Shown here piece by piece: positions 54,024 to 64,000 of a stretch of 64,000 nt of DNA (position 1 is the stretch's first letter; every line of letters starts with the position of its first letter). The stretch covers positions 124,001 to 188,000 of the forward strand of contig JBEWZL010000236.1 in assembly GCA_045837725.1 (NCBI GenBank), written 5' to 3'. The DNA comes from Vermamoeba vermiformis (lineage: Eukaryota). Made by a program: the position numbers and the translations under genes. The notes beneath the pieces are model-generated. The model made no database searches. It was given only the letters and a program-made list of their open reading frames with translations, and was not told the origin of the DNA.

Positions 54024-57000
54024 ATGGGCTCCCAAACAACTGCACGAGCCGTCAAGCGGCTTATGAAGGATCTCAAGGAGATACGCGAGCACCCACTTCA
54101 GGATGTCGCCGCATCTCCTTTGGAAGACAATTTGCTCGTTTGGCACGTAAATTGTAAGTCCTATTATTCCTATTACGCACGTTCCTAGGCTAATTATGAC
54201 CTTAGTACGTGCTCCTGGCGCTATGTTAGGCGGTGCAGTTTTTCACTTGGTGATCGAGTTCTCAGCTGACTACCCAGCCGTAGCTCCTCAAGTCAACTTG
54301 TGCACTCCGCTGCCACATCCGAACGTGTTCCCAAACAAATACGGTAAAGATAACTATATTTGTTTGGACATGCTCGATGCCCAAGGTGCGTTTTCTGCAG
54401 AGGATCAGAAGAATAGACCCTACACTGGCTGGTCCTCGGGCTATTCAATGCTTTCGTTGCTTTTGCAGCTTCAAGGTATGCGAGGAATTCCCTTAATTTT
54501 AGCAGACTAGGTGCTAATTCTATTCTTTAGCATTTTTGCTCGACGAGACGATGCGCAAGGCGAATACTAATGCTGCCGTTGCTGCCGCTAAGACATTCGA
54601 ATGCAAGTCATGCCCGCACAAACGAAATCAGATTTGGCCGACATTCCCCTCAAATGCTGAGCTGAAAATTCGTCACAAGCACGTCATCAAGCCTGTGTGG
54701 CCCAAAGTCCCCAAGCGAATGATCGCTCCATCAGTCGAGTCTGGAAAACCTCAATTAACTTCAGTCGTGTTACGTAAGAGCGACTTGGAGAAGATGAAGG
54801 TCGCTCAGGCTGTCAACAACCCCATCAAGAAAGCTCTCGCTCCTGTTGAGGACGGTTGGTTCGAAATCAAGCACGGCAAGTCCATCAAGGCCAAAGCCAC
54901 TGCGGTTGCAAAGACAGTCGAGCCGGTTCAGTCAAAATTGAGCGCCGCATGGGTCGGTACGGTCAATGGTGCTCTTGTCGTCAAAATCCCGTCTGCTGTG
55001 GAGAGTTCATTATTATTGAACAAAGTTGAGCTGCAACCGGTAGTGAAGCAAGCACAGCCTCAATTCGTCGACGAGTCCCGCTTGAGTCCTGCCGAAGTCA
55101 TCAAAGCCATCAAAGAGTCGGACTTGGACGAAGCTGCAAAGGCCCGCAAGATCAAGAACTTCAAGAAGAAATTGTCTCGCAAGCGCACCGACAAGTCCTC
55201 TTCTGAACCTGTGCAGGAGCAGGCAGAGACCAAGCAACCTGCGAACAAGCCTCAAAGTCCTAGCAAGGCCGATCCAGCTCCCGTTCAGAGCGCTCAAGTT
55301 CCCGTTGAACCGCCTGCCGCTGAAGTGCAAGTCAAGAAAGCAGAGGCACCCAAGCCCAAGTATGACCCTCACCTTTGCTTGGGCGATTTGGCTGTTCTGC
55401 CATATGAAGTGATGCTGCACATGCTCGAGTACTTGTCCCCGAGTGACGTCTTGAGCGTGTCGAGCACCTGCACTGAAATGCGATCAATGAGCAACGACGG
55501 TTTCTTATGGCGCAATCTGTTCTCACGTCAATATCCGTCATCGCACTTGACAGCAGAGAACATGCACGACTGGAAGTACGTGTTTGAATTGGAGGTCAAT
55601 CGCATCGCGCAAGAAATGGTCTGCTTCCACACCAAGAACGACTTTGAAGAGGACGTGCTCGGTATTCCCATCGAATTCACCGTCAATCCTCGCACAGAGC
55701 GCATCGACTACATCTACAGCTCAATGGATTTGTTGTCCTCGGAGGCTTTCTTTGAGCACAAAGTGCGCAAGACAGTTTGGAAAGAAGAGTTCACCAACTG
55801 GTTGCCACTTTACATCAATCAAGATCACTTCGAGCGCGCAATTCCTTACATTGAAAAGACTTTGGTAAGTACTTGAAAACATTGATTAATCCCTAATCAA
55901 TTGCTAACCTTGTCAATAGCTTCGTCTTTCTCCTCATTGGCGCACACAACGATTCGTGCCGACAATGGCCCTCGAAGTGATACCGAAGTTGATGAACACT
56001 ATGATTGTGTTGATCTCCGACAAAGGTATTCACGCTTCTGAGAAAGCTATTGACGGTTACTGTCAATTACACCGCTTGATGATGGCCATGATTGAGCGCT
56101 ATCCTGCTTTGCAACGATATGTCAACGAACAGATTGCCGGCTTCATATTGGACGAGTCAAAGCGTCATAAGGACGTGGTGCCATCATTGGGCGATTTCTT
56201 GCCTTTGATCTCAGTCAGCACCAAGTACGACTGGCTATCAGTAGCCGGTGCTGTGCTGACCGAGAACTTTGACCGCAACGTCATTTGGATTTGCAAACAA
56301 TTCCCCGAGCTCGCAAAGATCGCCATTGAACAGGGATCTATGACAAAAGATCAATGGGACAAGGCGCAGAAGGCACAAGACATCGAGCGGTTGAACAATA
56401 GCTACGAAGCAAGTCACGTGAGCCAGCGATTGATTATGTTCCACGCCTACTTCTTGAGCCACATTGCTCGCCCTGCCAACACGCCCATTGACGTCATCGC
56501 TTACAACTACGATCGCTACTATGGCAAGCCCTCTTGGTCCACCAAAAAGAAGTTCCAACAGTTCATCAAGCGTGTCTCGACAGTTACCAAGTGGTCACAA
56601 TTCTTCCAATGCTTGGGATTGAAATACTTCGGTGACGAATCAATGACTGAACGCCTGAAGATGGCCGTGAAGAATTCTTTGCGCAAGCGATACCACAAGA
56701 ACAACACTGACTTCACGCGCATTCACAGCTCGGGCGTGTCGAAGATTTTGTTGCGCGGTGAGTCGTACACGGCTTCCCCCACTCTGCAGAGTGTCTTGCT
56801 CGAGGAAGTATGGCACTATCCCGAGCATGTCAAATTCTTAGACGCATCGTGCTTGTGCTACAACAGCCAAGGCAAGTTTGTCGAAGTCTTAGACTGGTGT
56901 CACAAGTCTAGCGGTCCCGCTGGAGCTGGTGCCATTACACACAGCGGTGATGTCATCGATCGCGAAAAGAAAGAAGGCAAGCACACCATCAACCTCGATC

Positions 57001-57302
57001 TCAACAAACTGAAGCCCGAGATCACCTCAATGTTCTTCACTATCTCGGCTTACACGACCACTTTGAAGGAGATTCTACAGCCTTACATCCGCTTCACTGA
57101 CAAGGTGACCAATATGGAGCTGTGTCGCTACCAACTCGACGAAAAGGCTGGTGACTACACCGCTGTCATCATGTGCAAGTTGTATCGCAAAAATGCTGGC
57201 GACAAGCAATGGCACGTTGATGCTATTGGTCAGTTGGGCGAAGGTCGCGCCAGCGACTACGGTCCTATTCAAGAGAAAATCAACAAGCTCTTGAAAAAAT
57301 AA
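54024..57302 (+). CDS. Ubiquitin-conjugating (E2) domain - F-box - helical domain - TerD domain fusion protein
   Basis: UBC KRLMKDLKEI...WHVN...YPAVAP...HPNV...ICLDML; F-box LAVLPYEVMLHMLEYLSPSDVLSVSSTC...LWRNL; TerD LDASCL...ITHSGD...INLDLNKL...FFTIS. Confidence 0.85.
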
Positions 57303-57434
57303 CACTACTACGAAGTAACACTAGCAGTGTTATTAAATTGCTCGATGTAAATAAACCTCAGTTTTGATCAATTCTTGCTTTTATTCTTTGTACAATTTCA
57401 ACACTAATAACACACTATATTAACACATTGGACA

Positions 57435-58542
57435 CTACGACGACTGCTGGTCAGGCTGGAAGTTGCTCTGAGCTAGCAGCGTCGCCATCGTTGTTGCAGC
57501 AGCAGTGGCATTGACAGGTGCCTCGGTGCCGTTGTTGGCATTGATGTTGTTGATGTTGCCACTCGCTGTCAGCACTGTGTTGCCCGACTGAGTTAACTGC
57601 ACATTGGTCTTGACATTCTGCAGCATCTTTGAGAGCCGTTGGTTCTCTTCTTCTAACATCTTGTTCGTGGTGACAAATTGAATGGACTGCAGCTGCAAGT
57701 TTTTGATGTGTTGAATGGCCTTGTCCAGCACATTGAATTTGCTGTTTTTGCACTCGGGCAACAGTGCTTTCAAGTCGTCCATCAGCTTGTTTAACTTCTC
57801 TCGTCGCCGTTGTTCCGACGCATTGTGTCGTTGTTTGTTTTGCTCGTCTCGTACAGTGCCAGTTCCCATACCAAGCGGATCACTAAACCAAAAAAGACCG
57901 CTCAGAAACTGAACTATTTTTCAAGCTGTCCACTTACTCTCTGTTTTTCTTGCGTGGTCGTCGTACAGGTCCTGGTTTTTGAGTGCTTTCATTCGTTGCA
58001 TTGCCTTCTAAGCCCGAATAATCTGCAATCGAAGCACGTGTCAGATGCCATCCGCCCTTCAGTTGTCAAGTTGAACTTACCCTTGAATAAATGTGGATTA
58101 TTTGCAGCGTCATATGTTAGTTGTGCGTTGAGTAGCTGCTCATTTGTAAAGCTAAGTAAAAAATGGATTAGGATCGGCCGTCACGTGACAAATTCTGAAA
58201 GCGAAATGCCACCGATAGAAACCATCTTGCGTATTTATATATCGGTCATTATTACCCAATAATGCATTTTTGGCATTTACAAGCTAATTTTGTGGGTGGT
58301 TATCGAGATTTGCAAAATAAATTTAAATAAAATTATAAATTCGAAATTACGTACGCTTGTAGTTGTGCTTGTATATTTGGGTCAAGTGCTATTGGAAGAG
58401 CGGGCTGCTGATTCATTTTATTCAGATTCGCAAAAGCTTGCTGCTGTTGCTGTTGCGCCATCTGTTGGTTAGCAAGCGTGTTCATTAGCTGCGTATTTTG
58501 AGCGCGTAATTGTCCTGGCAGCGGAGTGTAGGTGAATTCCAT
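57435..58542 (-). CDS. bHLH-leucine-zipper transcription factor (class B)
   Basis: KQRHNASEQRRREKLNKLMDDLKALLP...KFNVLDKAIQHIKNLQ followed by a zipper. Gln-rich first exon. Confidence 0.88.
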
Positions 58543-58700
58543 CTTGGTGTCGTGTCACGTGTGTTGCTTCTTCCACGTGGTCAGTTTGATCTGATAAGTG
58601 GACGACCGATTATATAATTGTCAGAAGACCGGCTTTGCAGCTAACAGCACTAAATATTATTCTTAGTCTGTTGCTGCTAATTGACCGCGCAATCGATATA

Positions 58701-61033
58701 ATGACGGATCAGCCGCTGTCGTACTCGAGCTCTCAAGGATCAATTCAAGCGCGCGTTAATCAAACCAAACAGCTACAATTACTGCGACCATTGAATGCAT
58801 TCTCATTTGTGAATGATAGAGCTATCACTGGCTCCAAAGTGAGTTCAGTTAGGGGTCGTAATAACGTCTCACCGCGTCAAAATTATATAACTTCAATAAT
58901 TATAAATATGAGCAATATCAATAATGTACATAATATTTCTGTATCGAGATGTACATTATCAATTTTTCTGTAAATATTATCAAAATCTTTTTTATTTTTT
59001 TGATTGACCTGCATTATCTTGACGTACGCCACACATTTTATCATACAACTATATATATAATACCACGATAACTTATATCTAATTAATACAGATCGCAGCA
59101 CTGCCCAAGAGTGTCTTGCATAATTTTGGCACCGTGGCCTCGCACCGTAATCGCGGCAATATGATTTACAACCTCGAATTCAGACCTAATGGGTACGTTG
59201 TCATCGATACTATTAGATGTGCATTAATAGCTAATACGTCACGACGCTAGTGACGCGCTGCTCATAGTCGGTGAAAATGGTTTTCGGTTCTGGGACACGC
59301 GCAATTACAAACACACGTTCTCAGTCAAAGCGCACAAGAACGCGATCAATGTGTCGCGCTTCTTAGACGACTATCACTTCTTGACGGCGAGTGACGACCG
59401 CACCTTGCAGTTGTGGGACCTGCGCAAGTGTAACAAAGCTGTGCGGATCTATCAAGGCCACCGAGGTGAGTAATGCAGTGAATAGGACTATGTGGGCATA
59501 GATATTGATTCGATGATTAGGGTGGATCAAAAACATTGAAAGATTCGACGAGAACACAATATTGACGAGTGCATTTGACGGCACTGTGCGCCGATGGGAC
59601 ATTGAACAGCCCTTTAAATACGGCAACAATAGCGGTAATAATAATAATAACAATAGCAATGAGAGGACGCATGTAGTGAACAACGAGACGGAGGTGATTG
59701 AAGTCAAGTCCAATGTCATCTTTCGTGACACGTGTGTTGCGCGCATGAGGTGAGTGTTGGCCGTGACTGACATGTGACACGCACTAACGATCATTGAGCA
59801 GACTGGCCACGAGTCCTATTGACCACCACTCCAAGACCATGATCGTGTCGCTGTCCTGTGGCGTTGTACTGTTAATTAAGAACCTCGACTTGAACACTGT
59901 TGGCGAAGATCTGAACGTCAATGTCAAAGTAAGTGCAGCGATTAATGCCTCTGATACCTATAAATATATTCATCCATTTTAATAGGAGATTGGAATATTG
60001 TTCTCAAAGAGCACTTTGAAAAAGCGTAATTCAACGCTGTCAATTCCAAGTTTGTTTTTGAACAAGTACGTGGCACTATGAGCTGTGAACTTAAGATCAT
60101 TTGACTGACCTGCATTTCAGACGTAACAGGCTAGAACTGCTTCAAGAGCCCTCGCCCTTGGGCTACACAACCTCTCTGCAGCTGTCAGAGGACCACAAAT
60201 ACTTGCTCACACGACAAGTGCTCAAAAACGATGATGAATTCACGAGTGTGTTTGACTTGAGTATCGACACAGACCCGCAAGAACGATTTGAAGTCATTTC
60301 AGACCCGGATGTGATGAGTGACGGCGATATTGTCGTTAAAAATCCGTACTTTTCAGACTCACAAACGTAAGTGACAGCAATTATTCAGTGTCAGTACTGA
60401 CCTTGTTTGCAGCGAGGAGGTCAAGCACACCGACAACGAGTCCAGTGGCAAGAAGATCAAGCGACGAAAGAGAGAGCGCAGTGCACAAGAGACACAAGAC
60501 GAGAGCACACTGTGCGAGGACCACTTCATGTTCCCGAACCGAATTTTGTTCCGCATTCCTGACAGCGGTGCAGGTTCAGGCTACATCAAAGGGTAAGTAC
60601 TTCACACCACATAAGTACAGGTACTAATGCCACATCATTATCAGACCTTGCTTTTCGACATGCGGCAATCTAGTCTTGTCGCCGTATTATCGAAGGTATG
60701 TCGCCAGTGGTCTGTGACACATAAGAACTAACCAGCTGTGGGCAGTGTGCGGCTGTTTGACTTCTCCAAGGGTCTCGAGTCACTGCGCGCTGACGATGCA
60801 CACACTGTAGTGCCCATTGACTCCAAGAACAAGACACGTGTGCCACCGCTCTGGCAGCCTCTCACGAACACGCACAATGACGCGTAAGTACAGCTCAGCT
60901 AGCAGTCTACATGCAATGTAACTAACGTGTCTTACCCTGCAGTGTGTTGACAGTGCGATATCATCCATTTTGGCCGCTGTTTGCATCGGGAGGGTGTGAC
61001 GGCAAGGTTAATTTTTACGCGCCAAAGAACTGA
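58701..61033 (+). CDS. DCAF10: WD40 protein, DCAF10/WDR32-like
   Basis: IYNLEF, AHKNAINVSRFLD, TASDDRTLQLWDLR, GWIKNIE, TSAFDG, RNRLEL, GYIK, HP..PLFASGGCDGKVNFY.PK. Confidence 0.82.
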
Positions 61034-61137
61034 TCTGCATCTGAATCGACTTCACTTCTCAACTTGTACAAATCAATAAACCATGTAATTACTTGCGAAT
61101 ATACAATGCATATGGTTTATTTACAATAGTGGTGGTC

Positions 61138-62026
61138 TTATTTCGTGTGGTCGTATATAAGCGTGCCCACGCCTGCTCCAACAAGCACCAGCGCAGCTTT
61201 TTGCCACAGATCTGCTTCCCGACGCAGCTGATTGACGCGTTGTTCAGGATCACTATCGATGATAGTCGGTTGAGTCCACGCTTTGAATATATTGTACGAC
61301 GGATAACGCCACAGCAGCGACAATTGGCCGTCTTTGTTCTGTGTGACATGGCCGATCAGGAACACTTTTGTCGAGCGAGGCAGTATCATTTCCCATTGAT
61401 AATACGGTGCTGAGAATGGCACTGTGTACTTCATCAATGGGGTCAAGTGGTGTTCAAAGTATCTATTAGTCTTCAGCTCGATGCCCTCGGAAGAAGTTGC
61501 GGATGTAGCTGAAAATAAAACGTCAAATTATGGCTGTATTTAATTATACATACGTATCAATCGAACGTCATTAGCAGCCAGTATAGTTGATTCAACTAAT
61601 CTATTGTTAGTCACATTCTCGCTCCAGCACCAAACTGCTTTTTCGCGTGACAAAGGTGCTGTGATTGGATCTTCGCTATCAATTTGGCCCTGATATTTTT
61701 AGACTATTTTTCGCGTATTCAATATAACTTACCTCGAATCTAACATATTGAGGCTGGTTTTTGCTGTTCTCTAAGCGGGTTTTTACTTCTTCAACAGAAT
61801 CTGTCTTTTTTGTCTAGCAATTTTAAAATTAATAGTTTTCTCTCAACAAGTACGTGCATTAAGCACGTGCATAGAATTTACAAGTAGATTAATTTTTAAA
61901 ATTGATTGGGAAACATTAAGAAACATTTACCCTGATGACTTCAATTTGCTGTGTAAAGCCACTCGCAACAAGCTGACAAATGGCACCTACACCAGTCAAT
62001 ATAGCTCCTATAGTCGAATAAGACAT
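61138..62026 (-). CDS. GIDE-domain (MUL1/MAPL N-terminal-like) two-TM protein without RING
   Basis: N-terminal TM, YVRFE|GQI..EDPI.AP, E.ILP..TKVFLIG.V, C-terminal TM, then a stop. Confidence 0.55.
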
Positions 62027-62077
62027 AGTTGTGGTTGTCTTGGCAGGTTTGAATTTTGATTTATTTTCATTTTTTTG

Positions 62078-63504
62078 TTATTGACCCAGCACGATAGATC
62101 TGATTTGTTCTATAATCTTCAAGTGCACATCTAAGGCTAGACCATCAACTGAAGCTTCGTTCTTTTGCGTGCACCCATCGACAGCACCTATGTAGCAGTA
62201 AGTATTTTGTTCATGAACAACGCACTGTAAATTGCCGCTTACCAGCCGCTACAATTGCATCAAGTAATTTAACTTCTTTTTCACTTGAAGGGAGCAATGA
62301 GCCTAATTTGTCGCTTGGCACATCTAGAACGCGTTTGTTATCAACGGAAGGATCAATTACCATAAAAGGAAATAGCGTACCTTGGTGCTGCTCTTGGTAC
62401 AACACTGCCAAGGCACCTGCTAGTGCATAGCCTGCAATGAATGAGTGTAAGTGACATGACACGTGTCACATGTCAAACATTAAGCGCACACGCACCTCCC
62501 CAATTTGACACGCCGCACGTGATCAGATAATCAGTCGCGACGACAGTGCCAATTTTATCACCGTGCGGAATGAACAGCTTGACTGCCTCGTGCACTTTGC
62601 CCTGGGAAATGTCAATTGATATTACACCGACTGATAGTGCCTGATTCTTACCATGCCTATCTCGTTGCCTCCTACATGTCATAATAACAATTGTTAATAT
62701 GCAGTCTTGTCTACGGGTCTAACAAGCACTCACCATCGCCAATGCCAATCGTCTTGATTCCAAGCTCAGGATAGAGTTGTGCAGTCAAAAACAACTTGTC
62801 AATCTTCGCGGTGTATTCACTGATGTTCATGCCTCTATTATAATCAAGTACATCAGTATTGTTGTTTGATCTAGAAAGTCAAAGTCACGTGCCTCATGTT
62901 GTAGTAGTTTCCATCGCTAGCTGCTCCCAATCGTTCAATAGAGACCAAGCAATCAATTTTCTGATGGTGATGACGTCCATCCATATTTAATAATGTATCA
63001 ATAAACGGCTGTTCGTTCTCCATTGGGAATACAATCACGGGATCTATTTTGAGGCCACTTTCATTAACGCACTTTTGAAGCACTTCTTGATTTCGAACGT
63101 CTGTCAGTAATTGAACGTTCTTTCCGAGTACTTTTAACGCTTTAGCACTAATAAAACGGAATTAGAATATTGTACGTGAATTAAAAACAGATCCACCTGA
63201 GCGGAGTTCGACAACAATTTCGGAAAAATATTTTGCTTACATAGCAACAGCCCCTAATGGTCCGTCAGTTTCAGGATGGCCGCATTGAAAAATAAAAAAT
63301 CCGGTGACGATTAAAATATTTTTTGCTTCGAGCAATACTTTGGCAGCCCCTTCTACCTCACCAGTGAGGCTAATTTTGCCAATTCCTCTATTGCCTACAT
63401 TTTTGTTGATTAATTAAATGATAGTGGAGTCAGGAAAGCTTACCGATATCATTTTGGATCAAGGTTTCGATGTCTTTGATTTTCTTGTTCACTGTTGCGG
63501 TCAT
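62078..63504 (-). CDS. DUF4392 / D-glutamate cyclase C-terminal-like protein
   Basis: GNRGI, LIVTGF, ETDGPLGA, LVSIERLG...DGNYYNMR|G, TIGIGD|GGNEIGMG, CGVSNWG|GY, AVDG...SVDG. Confidence 0.85.
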
Positions 63505-63606
63505 TCTGCTAAATTAACTTAGGTATGATGCAATATGTGTTGTTAATACGATTGTGCTTCACTTAATTTGAATGAAATCATTGATTGAAATGTCACAGAA
63601 TGACAT

Positions 63607-64000
63607 TCAGTCGCGGTGCTGTTTATTCAACAATGACAATCGATATTTGAGCGCATCTTTCTTCGAATACTTAGTCGCTGCAATGCCCATGTGTTGCGCC
63701 ACTAAGTGTTGTACACGGTTGGCAAATTGATCCGGATCCTCGGTCTCCTTCTTCTCCTGTTAGACGTATCAGCTACTATTATATAATTTAATATCCGATA
63801 CTTGCCTGAGGAGCTAACAATTCAATGTTGTAAATGTACAGTGGACTGAAGAACATCCACACAATCTCCTTGAATATCGATGAGCCCAACTTGCCCGGCA
63901 CGAGAGGCAGGCCCAACACATTGACTTTCAACGCGACAGGCAGCACAGTGAGGCCGAGTGAAAACAAGAACTTTTGATAGATCAGCAGCCCTATGCCATT
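63607..64000 (-). CDS. 3' end of a lysophospholipid acyltransferase / AUP1-like protein (partial)
   Basis: NGIGLLIYQKFLFSL...VLPVAL...LAPQ|EKKETEDPDQFANRVQHLVAQHMGI. Confidence 0.65.

Overview
This is gene-dense nuclear DNA of a protist with many short spliceosomal introns (mostly ~45-70 nt, GT-AG, CTAAC/CTGAC-like branch points). It is probably an amoebozoan, inferred from a nucleus-encoded Cox1-c gene and an 'RHTGVM'-type actin segment. About 25 intron-containing protein genes were reconstructed by eye: DUSP19-like, TBC RabGAP, malic enzyme, eIF2B-beta, COQ8, MTRR-like, a giant BIRC6-like, two bHLH-Zip factors, TrmK, PRELI, a 3xRRM protein, CaMK-DUF4139, AGMO, an SDR epimerase, AGGF1-like, VIT-vWA-DUF2135, Cox1-c, QNG1, E2-F-box-TerD, DCAF10, GIDE, DUF4392 and an acyltransferase. 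There are also two tRNA-Val(AAC) genes. Highlights: (1) a VIT-vWA-TPR-DUF2135 gene whose middle is a string of fragments of other cellular proteins (actin ~1-72, polyproline, half an R-SNARE motif, WH2 plus central/acidic, LD-like motif, non-cleavable ubiquitin), which is a candidate 'bait/integrated-decoy' system; (2) a near-identical ~185-bp tRNA-Val cassette inside introns of two unrelated genes; (3) an intron-containing bacterial-type TrmK with an added NLS-like N-terminus; (4) a BIRC6-like protein with an inserted Spt5-like KOW tandem and other extra domains; (5) an unassigned structured ncRNA candidate; (6) a 12-bp palindrome recurring in introns. All family calls come from remembered motifs, not database searches, and exon boundaries are by-eye predictions.
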